From Octopus vulgaris (taxonomy: Eukaryota), in assembly GCA_951406725.2 (NCBI GenBank), contig OX597815.1:110918001-110982000 (forward strand): a DNA stretch of 64,000 nucleotides, given 5' to 3'. The notes beneath the pieces are model-generated. The model saw nothing but the letters and a program-made list of their open reading frames with translations, did not search any database and had not been told where the DNA came from. How positions within the stretch are numbered: position 1 is the stretch's first letter; each line of letters opens with the position of its first letter. Both the position numbers and the translations under genes were made by a program. Below are positions 40,321 to 56,409 of this stretch, in pieces.

Positions 40321-41867
40321 CCGTATTTGTATTATATATGTCAGTGAGGGAGGATGTATTTCACTAAGGGTCCGCTATAAATCAAACTTTGACTCCGGAA
40401 CGAGGAAAGCCACTGTTGATTTCTGTTGGATGTGAGCTCAGAAAGTAAATGTCAATAACTAAATATAATCTAAGGTCTTTTGTCCGATATTCCAACGGCA
40501 TGCATCTGTGAAATATTGACTTCTTTGAATGGTCAATATTTGCAATGCTTGCCAAATCGACCCAGTATATTAGTGGCAGTTTTTGTCTAGTCGTGGAATA
40601 TCATTAAAAGCTAAAGGACTGTTCTCAGTAAGCTGCTTCAATAAATCAGCTGGAACAAGATATCATTTGTAAGAGCCGGAATTCTCTTCTAAATTCATTT
40701 GTATGTATTGCCAAAATCTAATCTATACATTTTTCATTTAAGTGAAGTATTTTAATTATTCTTGTGTTATGTACATCTATACCTAAGACGCTGAACTAAA
40801 AAAAAACAATTACCCGGCATAATTAAAATTTTATAAGTTAAGAATAAGCTATTTGAAATAGTTTCCTTCTCTGACATCCATTTATATTGAAATCAAGTCT
40901 AGGAAATATAACATAAAAAGAAAAAAACACGCGCCAAAAAATGAAAAAAGAAATACTTTAGAAAGTAAAGATCAAATTATTCATTAGTATCTATGTAACT
41001 ATCAGGGAAATTCTTTGGGAAGTTTCAGATAACTTTAGTAGGGTAATTAATAATTCAAACAGTTGAACAACGATTTGTCTTTATATATTCCAATGCAGTT
41101 AGACGAGAAATTTGTTATGCAAACCTCAGAACCAACAATAATATTATCAAATATATCAAGACATACGCTTAAGAGCTCGTATATAGAATAACAAAAAATC
41201 AATGCTTATATACTCTCAATAAAAATTAACAAAATAACCCCAGTCATTTAAAACAAAGATGCTATCGCATTTCATACGAATATTAAATGAACATATGCTA
41301 CATTTCTCGTAAACCTACATCATGTTACAAACAAGTATTGTATAATTAACTATATACAAAGTGGAAACGAAATTGGTTTATGATAATTGCTGTTTCTTTA
41401 GAGTATTTACGCATTAAATAATTTTCATTCATTTTCTTAATATTTCTGATGTTACTTTATTAATATATAAACAGAATAATTATCAAAAAGAATATGCCGA
41501 ATCTATACAATTTATAAAGTTACTGTATTTTGACATTTCGTTCAGTGCAATTACTTAAGTCTATAAATTAGAAAGAATTCTGAAAAAAAGTTTGTGTATT
41601 CACAGTCTCACAAACAGATTTAATAATCAACTGCATTCTCTATATTTGTGCTGCCTCGCCCAATAATAAATAGGCACATAACCATGTAATCTGACAACTA
41701 TAAGTTCAAAAGTATGATTTTAGAAATCACAAGTATTTAAAGAAAAATCTCCGTCTCATTATTTTTATGAACTTTAATCATTGATCTGCGGCCATACTGG
41801 AGCGCAGTCTTCAAAAGTAGCAGTACATTATAAGTAACATTTTTGAGACGTTTTTTCTATGTAACTG

Positions 41868-42060
41868 ATCAGGCAGAATTGTTAGCACGCCGGACAAAAT
41901 ATTTATCAGTATTTCATCTCTATTTACGTTCTTATTTCAAATGCCGCCTAGGTCAAATTTGCCTTCTATCTTTTCTGGTCGATCAAATAAGTACCGGTTG
42001 AGCATTGGGATCGATGTAGTCGACTAGCCCTCTTTACTCGAATTTCAGGCTTTAGAAAGG
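41868..42060 (+). mobile_element. Nin/Deu-domain SINE ending in (ATT)n
   Basis: Head GGCAGAATTGTTAGCACGCCGG, core, tail AGAAAGGATTATT. Confidence 0.8.
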
Positions 42061-42096
<36 letters not shown>

Positions 42097-42159
42097 GTTG
42101 TTGTTGTTGTTGTTGTTGTAGTTGTTGCTGTTGTTGTTGTTGTTATTATTATTATTTCA

Positions 42160-45140
42160 TATACACAACAGATTAGACTGTTGAAAAAATTGTTATAATC
42201 GGATTACAAGTAAACTTAGATGCCAAAATCTTCCTAGCCATCTTTAATAATATTAGTTACTGGAGCTGCACAAAACTGAGCTTTATCTTGATTTTTATCC
42301 AATTAGTCCCCAATGCTTGATCTTGTGCTGTTACTAAAAACTTTCTTTTTCCCTTTTCATTCCTCCTTCCTGCAAATACAACTATGTCTTACTATTACTA
42401 TTTTCTGAAACTATCTTTGGAAGTATACCATGCAAAGCCTTCTTTTTCCAGTCAGATAATCCTGCTTCTTTTTTCTGGCTTTTAACTTCATTTGGCTTTC
42501 TGGTTTTCCTGTCACCTACTAATACTCTTGTAGCTCTTAATATGATTTCATCCCTATTCGCTATATAGCGGGGTATATCTACTCTTGCTAACTCCACACA
42601 GATATAAACTTCTACACATACCATTCTAGGTAAATATGATCTTGCTCCTCCTGCTCTTGAAAGAAGTCCTCCATTCATATTGAGTTGCTTTCTAGTACTA
42701 TCTAGATTTGTTAATTCAGATTTTCTCCAATAACGATATTGCCCAAGTATTTACAACTTAAACTAGATTCAGATCATTTAGCCTTAACTTCATTAACTTC
42801 CTCTCCCTTCTGTTGTACTTCTCAATTTTCGCTTTCATTTCTATAGTTAGTATCCTGTCAGATTTTAATACTCCTAGATATTTGAATCGTTCTCCTTCTT
42901 TCAGTGATTTAATGTCTTGCCATTTGGTAATTGAATGCTTTGCTGATGACTACCTGTCTCTTTTTTAATACTAATACTGCGCACTTATCTATGCCAAATT
43001 GCATACCTATATCTTTGTTAAGGATTCTAACAGACTGTATTAAGGAACCTCATTAATATTCTTGCTAAAAAGCCTCAGTTCATCCATGTAGAGCAAACAG
43101 TTAATTTTTCCTTTACTATATCTAAACTGATAACCTACCCTTGCTTTTCTTAATACTAACCCGGTGGGGAACTAATGGATTTTCCCGTAGCGAACAACCT
43201 GCACGTGATTTATTTACAGTGATCGATTTTATCTGCCGTACGTTAGATCACTCCCTCCATCAATTCGACGTTGCCCGAACAGGTGCACGCGTCAGCATAA
43301 CAAATGTTAAAGGGGATAACATGTCTCATGGAAAATTTTTCTTTTGATATTAACTTTCCCTAAGGCTATATCATCTGAGTAGATATCTACTTTCCATTCA
43401 TTCAAGCTATAGCTAATGAACTCTCTTATGTTGTCTGCAATACTTAATATTCTCAAACATTCACTTATCCATGAGTATGGAATTATGCCATAGGCTTTCC
43501 TGTGTTAAATTCTTCTTTCTAGATTTCCATTCTTTTAGAACTGCTTTGTCAATGTATAATAGCTCATGCGTTCCTCAACCCTTCTTCCTGCAACCCTTCT
43601 GTTCTTCTGTCAGTAAATTCTGGCTGTCAAGATGCTCATAAATATTTTCTGAGATCATTCCTATTAACAGCTTCCACACTAATGGTACGCAAGTGATTGG
43701 CTTATAATTGCTAGCTATATTGCCATTGCCTTTGCCTTTCATAAGAAGTACTCTTTTCCCTCCTGTCATCCTGTCATTCATGACTCCTCCATTCAAACAA
43801 TCCTGAAGTTTCTTATGTAAGCCACTAAATTTCTTTAATCGGTACTCTTGAATTAAATATGGTCCTGGGGCCTTCCAATTCGGCATTCTTCCGAACACTT
43901 TACTCATGAAGGCACTAGTTAGTTTTAGACCTGGCTGCGTTTCACTGGCTACTTTTCCTTACTTTCTTTAACCATGCTACATCTGCATTGTGATTAACTG
44001 GCTTATCCCAAAACTCACTCCAAAACTTTCTAGTTTCCTCTGCATTTGACTTCTTATCTTCAGTAGTTTTCTGTACGCTATTTATTTGGCAATAAAATTA
44101 TCTCTGGTCTCTCATACAATCTATTCTAGTGACACTTACCTATTCTTTTCAGTTATCTGGAAAGCTTATTTGCTACTGCTATGATACGATGTTTTGGCTC
44201 GTCCATGTCTATTCCAAAATCCTTTCCTTTGGATAGGTATTTTTTTCAAGAGGAGATTGACCTTTTGTGTTTCCTAACTTGTCCTGTTTCTAGGCTTGTA
44301 TTCTACTCGAATCTTATTTTGAAGGCTTCACTTTATTTTCTAATCTCCATTTCCACATTTGCTACTTCATATTCTTTCTTCGAGGAATACCTAGTCTGCT
44401 AACTACTACCCCTCCTGCATTAATTAATAAGTTAGTATCATATATTTTCAGTATCTATCCCACTGATAACAATCTATTCTAGTCATATCTAGCAAATTCC
44501 TTCTATTAACACATTTTAATGCTGGTAATCTTTTACATTCTTCTTTACTCATTACTTCCAGCATCTCAGCTAAAATCTCCTTCTTCCTCACTTAATTCAG
44601 TGGTGTCAAATTTCGCTATCTGATCAGTGGTGACATTATTTTCCATTGCAGGCTCTTGTTCGGCTTGGACTGTATCACTTATGTTGTTTGACTGTTCATT
44701 ATGGCCTTTCTTTAAGATCTCTGGTGATCGCTTCTTCCTCCAATTCTGTCTTCCACATGTTCTCCTAATATTAGCCTGGTCCATTAGTTTCTACTCTGTT
44801 ACTTCAAACATACCTTCCTTTACATAAAGTGCTAACATACGTTTTCTGTAACCCCTTACATTCCAAGTAGCACTACATCACTACTCTGCTCTCTTCGGTT
44901 GTCTATTTCCTTCTCATTACTCTATTATATACTGATACCATCCATCTCAGAACAACATCTGAGGTCAATCTGCATCTGCACTGAAACTCTGCTGAGCGAA
45001 AGGCTTTCCCTTAAATGTACAGCTTCATTTTCTATGTTATCACTTGAGTTTCTGTCTAAACTCATGCCGCTCATAAACTGAGGCAAGGTTATCTTCGTGA
45101 GAGCTTTTTTCCTGACATCCTCATCAATCACTTGATGTTG
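42160..45140 (-). mobile_element. Long degenerate R4/Dong-like non-LTR retrotransposon between (TAA)n tracts
   Basis: MPNWKAPGP, ASNYKPITC, EEQKGCRK, DMLSPL, LLYMDELRLF, LYLPR-like motif, WKKKALHG; many stops. Confidence 0.85.
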
Positions 45141-45148
45141 TTTTCCCC

Positions 45149-45208
<60 letters not shown>

Positions 45209-45210
45209 GG

Positions 45211-45292
<82 letters not shown>

Positions 45293-45429
45293 TAGGTGGT
45301 GAGCTGGCAGAATCATTAGCACGCCAGGCGTGTTCTTCTGTTAGGCATCGGGGTGTGGGAGTTGTTAATTTCATTGTATGATGATGATGATGATGATGTT
45401 GATGATGATCATCATCATTCATATACACT

Positions 45430-45705
45430 CAGCGGATTAGGCTGTTAGAAAAGAATCCTAACATCGGGCTACAACAAGTACCCTTACATGCCAAGAACCC
45501 TCTTCAGTATCTTAGCTGTCCCTAATAACAGTGTTTTCTGCAGCTATACTAAACTGGGTTTTATGCCTATTTCCTCTATCCATCTGTTCAGATCTTTAGA
45601 AATAGTTTCAAATGCACCTATACTACTGAGGTACATTTTACCCGTACTTTCCATAGTCTCTCTAATTCAATGGCTAAGAACTGGTACTTTGCTATTTTTT
45701 CTATA
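45430..45705 (-). mobile_element. R4/Dong-like 3' fragment
   Basis: EKIAKYQFLAIELERLW...IGAF...LQKTLLLGTAKILKRVL. Confidence 0.75.
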
Positions 45706-45789
45706 CATCTCATATCCATTTTATTATCATTGTTGTTGTTGTTGCTGTTGTCATGTGTTAAAAACTCACGACTTATTTTGCTGCGTATG

Positions 45790-46905
45790 ATGGATAGTGT
45801 CAGCTGTCCACAACCAGCAAATTAAGGAGACACTTGTTTACTGGTCATACTTCAAGAACCCTGCGAAGAATTCTTGCAGTTTTAAGCAATGCTGATTTTT
45901 GTAGGTGTTCTACCTTCACACTTGCACCATTATTTTTTTAGCCATGTTGATAGTTGAATGCTGATACTTACAAGTGCACCAATTACTATAAGTATTACGT
46001 TTACTCTCCTCATTGACCACAACCTTCGTATTTTCCACTTCAAATCGTCATAGTTGTTTATTTTTTCTTCTTCTTTCTCATTAATTGTGTTGTCACCGGG
46101 TCATGCCATGTCGATTACCATGCATGATCTTTCTTTTTTATTCACCACAACTATGTCCGGTTTCTCTTGTTTGGCCGGGCGATCGCACTGAATCATTGTA
46201 TCCCACAGGATTTTGGAATATTATTATTATTAAGGCGGCAAGCTGGCAGAATCGTTAGCACGCCAAACGAAATACTTGATAGTATTTCGTTTGCTGCTAT
46301 GTTCTGAGTTCAAATAGCGCCGGAGTCGACTTTGCCTTTCATCCTTTCGGGGTCGATAAATTAAGTGCCAGTGAAACACTGGGTTCGATGTAATCGACTG
46401 GTCCCCTTCCCCAAAATTTCAGGCCTTGTGCCTATAGTAGAAAGTAGTGGTAATAGTTATTTTTGGTGATATTTCGTGCGGTAATTGTTGTTTTGCTGAT
46501 ATCTCTAAGTAGCCATATTATCATATTTATCACACTCCATTGTTTATTTTTCTTATGACTGTACCCTCCGCATCTTACTGGTTTTTATATCCTTATTCTT
46601 ATTGTTACGTTACTCCGTAAATAATCAACGCTAAACGATATTGATGTGTCACTCCGTGCTATGCAGCCATGGCTTCTCTTATATTCCGTCGTGGCTTCTT
46701 TTATATTCCTTCTGGGCTAGTGGCGTACATTGGCTGGTAATATGCCATACGGTCTCACCGCTTTGTCAACAGATTCTGTACTTATTACTTTCTGCTATGT
46801 TGTCTATTCTGCATTTTATGTAGTTTGTTCTTAGAGCTTGCTTTTGGGCAGCACAAATTAGAGCCTACGTTTTCGGTTTTAAATCACTTTTTAGTCACCC
46901 ACAGC
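45790..46905 (-). mobile_element. R4/Dong-like 3' fragment interrupted by a SINE
   Basis: CAAQKQALRTNY, GETVWHITSQC, ILWDTMIQCD...KPDIVVV...IDMA, VIGAL. Confidence 0.8.
46232..46444 (+). mobile_element. Full-length Nin/Deu-domain SINE
   Basis: AAGGCGGCAAGCTGGCAGAATCGTTAGC head, GAGTTCAAAT B-box, GCCTTTCATCCTTTCGGGGTCGATAAATT core. Confidence 0.88.
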
Positions 46906-47129
46906 GATATATTTTCTCTGATAATAATGATGATGATGATGATATTGATGATGATGATGATGATATTAATAATAATAATAATAATAATAATAATGATAAT
47001 AATAATAATAGTAATAATAATAATAATAATAATAACTCTCATGGCTTCTGATCTTAACAGATTGGAAGTGTTATCACGTACATTGTTTTGTCTTGGTATA
47101 ATAGATGGGCTACAGCTAATATTCTGCAC

Positions 47130-47564
47130 AACACCACAGATTTGCTTGTCAGTTGTTTGACCTTAACCATTTGAGCATATCCCTTAGAGGTTGACGATAT
47201 GTGCATCTTTGATCACGAGTAGAAGTTGTGGGGGAGCATCATAACCATGTTTTGAGAGGGATTCTTTGGGGTTTGAATAATTCACCTTTGGAAACATGGG
47301 TGTTTTGTTCAACATCCTTAAACAATCCTTATTCAGGGACCTTTTAAGCGGGATGGGTTACTCGACCAGAAGAACATTCTAACTGAGCCCCACCTGCAAG
47401 GTTATGTGCTGTTTATCTTGGTATGAGATCACCATTTCCCGCACATAGGGTTGTGATGCATGTGCCTGGTGTACCCTTATCAGACGGGTAGTCATGATGG
47501 GTGTACTGGGCTTCGTATATTTTACCCCAGTGTCACTTTGATGGCATGCACTGCTCTCTCACTC

Positions 47565-47565
<1 letters not shown>
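47130..47565 (+). repeat. Unclassified repeat ending in (TAA)n, possibly a non-LTR 3'UTR
   Basis: Higher-GC non-coding block that ends abruptly at (AAT)n. Confidence 0.3.
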
Positions 47566-47614
<49 letters not shown>

Positions 47615-47763
47615 CAACAACAACAACAACAACAATAACACTTTATAAGTGTAAAGCTTATTAGCGATCACCGTGTCTTGACTAACGGAAATATTTTCTT
47701 TAGTCAAGACACGTGATCGCCTATAAACTTTAAGTTTATAAAATATTATTATTATTATTGTCA

Positions 47764-47816
<53 letters not shown>

Positions 47817-47897
47817 AGTGTATAAGAGTATGAGTGCGCGTATACCTATGTGTGTATGTATGAATGTATGCTTATATGTATGTAAGTATATATACAT

Positions 47898-47931
<34 letters not shown>

Positions 47932-48371
47932 TTATATAAACGCACTCACATGCACACATATGATGTAACAGATTGCAAAAATATAACGTATACCTTTTCT
48001 GTGAAGGCATTATGATAATCTGTTATATTTCTTGTTGGTCAGCAGCCAAACAAAAGAAAATACGCTTCTATATTTTCAGAATATGAACTAAGAACTCATA
48101 TATTTTCAATAGACACATATTACCGACATAACGTTAACAAAGCATGCTATTCTACCGTTAATTAAATGCTTCAAGGCTTTTTGTTTTTCATAGCGAATTC
48201 TTTAATGTAATATTGTGATTATGTACTGAACAAAAGAAGATGTATGCTGTTACCATTTTCGTAATTGAAATGAAGTGTATAATATATGGTAACAGCTTTT
48301 TTCCCCATATAATTTGAAAATTATGCATTCGTATGTATGTATTTATCTGTGAATATGTATATATAAGTATA

Positions 48372-48417
<46 letters not shown>

Positions 48418-48687
48418 GACACACACACATATATATACATATACTTATATACAAACATAGACGCACACACACATATATATATACAACTATATATGTAGAC
48501 ACACACGCATATATATATATATACATACACAGACATACATACACAAACACATACACATATTCATACATGTACTATATATACATAATTTTGAGAAAATATA
48601 GGTATATATATATATATAGTCATACGTATTTATATATATATATATGTATATCAAACATGTATAAATACACATGTGTATCTATATGGC

Positions 48688-48742
<55 letters not shown>

Positions 48743-50599
48743 TCATGTGTATGTGTATACATATATTTGTGTATGTGTCTGAATGTGTTTACATGTGTAT
48801 ATTTTTTATGTTACGTCTATTCACTTGTAATGTAAACATTATTTTTGTCTTTTTTATTTTACTTTGTAGTTCCTTTAATCCTTTCTTTCTTTTCATGCTT
48901 CTTTCTTCTTCCACAGCATTCAATTAAATATAATCCCGAGGTTGTTATAACCTAAGCACACTTAAGATCCTGTAGATAAAGCCTATATTTACTTCTATGT
49001 ATTTACATCAATGTTCACTGACAGTTGACTTCAGCTTGAAATATTAAGAACAAATCTGACAATTAGTGGGTTGTCTTTGTTTTGTTACGTTCTAGAACAA
49101 TCTTAACTGAACATCCTCACATTCAAATGTATTTAAATCATGATTGTCCAACCTTTTATTCATGCTATGTATCCAAGGATTTTATTGTCTACGATACGTT
49201 TTCTTATTTTTCCTAAAACGGTGCAGTAAAATGTGAGAGGTTGAAACCGTAATTTTAGCTTTGTTGTTATATATCAGTAGTTAACAGGTTTATTTTGGTT
49301 CACTCTGACTTGGTGGACTAAGTACACTGGAACCAAAGATGCCTCCTCTGATTATATACCCTAAAAATAACAGCCGAAACTTCTTTAATTCGTGTTTATT
49401 TGTCTTTAGAATGTAAAGGACAAGCTGAATAATGTAACCCTAGATCATTTTTAAAATATAGGATGTTCATTGCTAGAATATCTTTGCTCATAGGTGTTAT
49501 GAATCAAGACTAATCTAGAGTTAAGCAATAAAAATAGCAATAACAAGAACAACAAATTAATAACAAAAATGAAATACCACATAGCTGGCGCTCTTTTACA
49601 GTGGTCGCTGGGAATTGAAGAACTTTGCCATGGACACAATGACAGTGAGAGAAGAGAAATGTCTGTCCTCTCGGATAGTTATTGCACGAATGGGTTCGTA
49701 TCGATTAAGCCATCGGAAACTTCGCTTATTCAGTTTCTTTATCGCAGTTAAACCTTTGCGTTTGTTGTAAGGCATCAATGGTTTTCATCAAGGTTGACGA
49801 TTTGTCCGCGCATATTTGTTAATCTTGAGCAAGATTACTTTGAGGAATATTGGAGGATTCCTATGCAAGTAAATGCCTCTTCTACAAAATTCTGAGTTTA
49901 TCCAAAGAAAAGGCCACTGATTTGCTGTTATATAGCTTGGAATCCTTGCAATCAGTATCATAGCGGGCATTGATATCAGAACACGACGTAGCAGAACAGA
50001 CACTTCAAGGCACTTTGTCCAACCCTCTAGCATTTATGAGCAAGCTACACCATGAAATAATGGAAGAAAACGTTGACCTCGGTGGAATTTGAATTCAGAA
50101 TGCAAAGACTTAGACCAAATACCGTGAGGCATTGTGTAAAGCTTTCTTATGATTCCACTTGTTCACCGCCTTTACAGAACATCAACCGTACCAATCACTC
50201 AACAGTCAACGGTCCTTCATTAGTCATAATCACTGATGTTCATCATCTGTCTGTCTTGTTAAATCTTTCACCTCTGAATATGACACCTTAATCAATAAAC
50301 ATATCTATATACAGATAACATCGAAATCAATGAAATTTATGAAAGTATATATTCGATCTATATCAACAAAATAAAAATGCTGTATAATTTTAAGAACAAT
50401 TTAAGGTTGGTCGCAGTACTCGGAAGATTAATGATGCATAACTATTATATATAAAAATCATAGTGGGATAACCATTCATATTCCTTTTTTGCTTGTTTTG
50501 GTATTAGTTGTCTTATTAAGTGGAGAGTCAAGAATGTAATTTTAATAACAAAGATAACTGCAACATTTCTAAATTAAATAAATTTGTTATTGTGAAGTA

Positions 50600-51643
50600 T
50601 TGGGTTGTCCGGAAAGTTCGTGCCAATTTATAGTAGCTTACCTTTCGACTTATTTTAGAAGATGGTTGAGTCCATAAAATAGGATTTGACTACACCTTCA
50701 TTTTTAGAGCATAGTTTAAGCTATCTTTTCGTGGAAAACGGTTTTATGTTCCTATAACTTGTGTTAATTCTGTAACCCTTTAAGATGGAAGTGAGAAAAT
50801 TTATTTTCGGTACTTGATGCTTTTCTTTTTCCGTAAAGGGAAAAATGCCTCACAAGAAACCAAAGAAATATGTGCAGTTTACAGTGATATTTCTTTATCC
50901 GAAAGAACTGTACGGAAGTGGTTCGCCAGGTTCCCAGCTGGAGATTGTAGCCTTATTGATAAAGAGCGATTAGGCAGACCATCCACTACAGATGATGACT
51001 GAATAAAGTCATTAATTGAGAATAACCCACATTGCACAACCCAAGAATTGGCAGAAAGTCTCAACCTATTAAAATCCGTCGTTCATGAGCACCTGGTAAA
51101 GCTTGGATACACAAATGGCTACGATGTTTGGGTACCACATGAGTTGAGTGAGAAGAGCCTTTTGGATCGCATTTCCATCTGTGATTCTCTTTATAAACGG
51201 AATGAAAACGCGCCTTTTTTAAAGCAAATTGTGACAGGTGATGAAAAATGGATTATCTACCGAAATGTTCAGAGAAAGCGATCCTGGAGTAAGTGACATG
51301 AGCCACCCTTAGCCACCCCAAAAGCGGGTCTTCACCCTAAAAAAGTCTTGCTTTGTGTCTGGTGGGATTGGAAAGGAATTCTGTACTATGAGCTTCTCCC
51401 AAGTAACCAGACAATTAATTCTGAGAAATATTGCACACAACTGGATGAGTTAAAAGCAGCAATTCAAGAGAAACGTCCAGAATTGGCCAACAGGAAGGGT
51501 ATTGTTTTCTAACATGATAATGCAAGACCGCACGTTTCTTTGGGAACCTGACAAAACTTGCTGCAGCCCGTAATGTAATGGCAAGTATTTATTGAACTTT
51601 TTCTTTCCTTTAAAAATCGGCACGAACTTTCCGGACAACCCAA
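50600..51643 (+). mobile_element. Mariner transposon, pseudogenised with 3' internal deletion
   Basis: TIR TTGGGTTGTCCGGAAAGTTCGTGCC and its inverse; WVPHEL, IVTGDEKW, HDNARPH; stops; YSPDL region missing. Confidence 0.92.
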
Positions 51644-51982
51644 TTGAATGAAGAGAATATTTTCCCAGACCACTTTCTTGACACCTATTTGGAATTCATT
51701 TAATGCGTAACACCACATGGGAAGAAAGTAAGCAAATAGCCGTATCCCACCCTTTTTAAAAATCATCTTTCCTAGTCAGTAAGAAACTGAAAAGTTTACA
51801 ATTTACTTCTCATGATATTTTCGTGGGAATGAAGCATTGAAACAATATTGTATTTCTAGACGTGGAGATTTTCTTGCTACATACCATCGAATTCCGAAGC
51901 AATACACACACACCAACGTATAGTTCATATATGCATGCAGACGTAAATATCCTCAAAGAACTATTCATCTATCCATGAATTC

Positions 51983-53358
<1,376 letters not shown>

Positions 53359-53388
53359 TATATACATACATACATACGTACATACATA

Positions 53389-53486
<98 letters not shown>

Positions 53487-54270
53487 CACGCATTCATTCA
53501 TTCATACATTCATAAAGTCATGCATTTATACATTCATGTATCCATTGTTTCATTCATACACACGGCCAAATAAATATATTCATAAAGGATATTATTTTGT
53601 GGGCCATAAACTTATTGCTAATACAATATACAATATCATCTGTAGGAAGGACCTCAATAGAGTTAACATTCAAGAAATAATTCTAACATTGAGAATATTT
53701 ATACGCCTCAACACGGAGAATATTGTTGAAGAATTCCAGATAAACATATTTCCAAATATAACTACAACAGGCCTACGGGATACCTACATTACACAAGATA
53801 CCTACGAGATACCTACTTTACACGAGAGAAAGAAAGAGGGAGATAGAGAGAGAAAAAATAGAGGCACAGACAGATAAAATGAGTGAGTGAGAGCGAATGA
53901 TTAAGAAAGAGTAAGATGAGATAATGGGGGAAGTATTTATATCCAAAACACACGACCGAAAATGTTGATTCTGACACAGTTCTGTTGAACCTTGAATGCA
54001 GAAACCCAGAACATATACCATGAAGCAATCGATCCCACATTCTACAAGACCAGCGTGAACAACACGTCTGTGCTTTAGGCGTAATTGTCGGGAAATGACG
54101 CGGCCTACTGGCGCAGAAATTTTTGAAGATGCGCAGGAAGAGTGATATCACATCTTATTCAAAGGATTTTGCACATGTGGCATTGTGACATTAGTTTTGG
54201 TGGGAAAGAATTAGGTAGGCTACTTTTTAAAGACACCTCGTATATAGTTGTTATAGTCCTTACGAAATGG

Positions 54271-54313
<43 letters not shown>

Positions 54314-54349
54314 TTCAGTATCCAAGCAATCATTATATATATATATAAA

Positions 54350-54512
54350 TCTTGGAACAAGTTTAGTGTTATTGGACGCTCAGGAAAGGAAAGGAAAGAA
54401 AGAAGGAGGAATTAACGTTTCGAGCGGAGCTCTTCGTCGGAAACATAGAAAAAGGAAAGGTTCATAGAAGGGAAGACGGAGAAAGAAAATATCCGACGAT
54501 ACACACGCGGTC
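54350..54512 (-). mobile_element. Short minimal-hammerhead element, copy of 59020-59220
   Basis: Minus strand CCGACGA-AGAGCTCCGCTC-GAAACGTT (U4 mutated); between (TA)n tracts. Confidence 0.65.
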
Positions 54513-54520
54513 ACATATTG

Positions 54521-54554
<34 letters not shown>

Positions 54555-54812
54555 CTTGAGTCCCATTCATCTTGTTTATCATTCTATCAATCAATTAATG
54601 AATGAATCAATCAATCCATCAATCGATCAATGAATCTCTTTATCTAACTATTCGTTTCTCTATATATGCTTTTGCATGTTTCATATACTGCATATAGGTA
54701 CACACACACATACATACACAGCGGGGCGGCGTCATTTGAAGGCTAAAATAATACGAAGCGCATTGTGACCAGCGATGTCTAGCAACATCTGATAGCCTGG
54801 TCGGATCACGTG

Positions 54813-54869
<57 letters not shown>

Positions 54870-54876
54870 CACATAT

Positions 54877-54933
<57 letters not shown>

Positions 54934-55468
54934 CATACATGTGTGTGTGTATACTTGTATATAAAAGCATATGTATACATACGTAAACACTTACTTTTCT
55001 ACCTACTCCCCCCCACACACATTTATATTCGTGTATGTGTGTTTCATGCGTGCGAGTTAAGTATACTGTATGTGCGAGTGAGGATATTTGATGCTGAGAA
55101 GCAAAACAACTGAAGGAACCAAAATAATAATGTAGAAGATATTCTCACAGTGGAACATCTAAGAGAAATAAAAGAAATATTGTCTAATGTTTTTTTTTTT
55201 GTTTATCTCTAGTTTTATGTTTACATTTTTTCATAGTCACTTTATCTTGATGTTTGATCTGGCATCTTTTACTCCTGAAGGCATATTTTTCCTGATTATT
55301 TTAATTCTCGTCTCAAAAGGTAGTAACTGTATTTTTTAAAAGGAATGTTTCGATATTCTTTTTCTTTTGAGATTCCACTTTGGTAATACTTTCTTATTGT
55401 AATGCATCAGAATATGACACGAAAAAATATATAAATAACGACATCATATTCACAGTGGTTTTATCTCT

Positions 55469-55503
<35 letters not shown>

Positions 55504-55802
55504 GAAGCTCATACCGTCTTATATACATATTCAGAATCTTCAAAAACTTTGTGGAAGCACCGAAGACCTTCGTAGAAAGAGGTATGTGCATAAGAAGTGT
55601 GTGCATGTCAGTATTTGTGTGTGTATGACTAATGTATGTGTGATAATCAAAGGGTATAAAAATACGTTGTAAATCTATAATTGTCATATATTTAAGAATA
55701 GTGATCAGAAGTTTGACAAAAGTTTCTAGAAATGCATGCGCACAACACACACATCAACATTCACATACCTACATACATATAATTATATATGTGTATATAG
55801 GA

Positions 55803-56075
55803 ATAAACATTAAAAAAAATAGGGGATGGAGTTGATAAAATCCAGGCCACATATGTTTCATAGCTAGCGAAAACTCGGAGATAGTAAATTACCCAAACGA
55901 TGGTAGACCGCAAGCAATTCTTCAGACCAAGGATACCTTAATTAAGGTAGCTTGTAGTCTACATCTTGTCTGGATAATTTACTATTTCCAAGGTTCCGTT
56001 AGTTATGAAACATTTGTAGCCTGGATTTTATCTATTCCATTCTCTAATTTTTTAAATGTTTTTTAATGTTTATTT
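55803..56075. repeat. Palindromic element (arms ~55803-55916 and 55948-56075)
   Basis: Reverse-complement arms. Confidence 0.8.
55845..55928 (-). ncRNA. Type I hammerhead-like motif, extended stem II, cleavage triplet GUG in this copy
   Basis: ggt-CTGAAGA-[59 nt]-GAAAC-atat-GTG-gcc; the other arm has GAAACatttGTAgcc. Confidence 0.55.
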
Positions 56076-56409
56076 GCATATACAACAACCATTGTTGCTA
56101 ACTGTGAACTATAAAATCAACATTTTTCAGCTTTTCGTACTTCGATACGGGAAAAATTCACAACTTTCAGTGCCAGTGAACCACTACTATTCCTGAAAAT
56201 TGTTTTTCATATCTTCTACTCATTGCTTGAAGTTCACTAACTTCCTACACCTTGATCCTTGGATCTTACATTTACGCACGCACACACACACACAGAATAG
56301 GAAAGGGCTTAGGCTACTGGGAATTCAAAATAATAGGTACGTTGTGTATGTGCTTTTATTGACAAGCTCCTAGGAGCCAGGTTCACAGCATACTTCAGAC
56401 TCAACGGGT

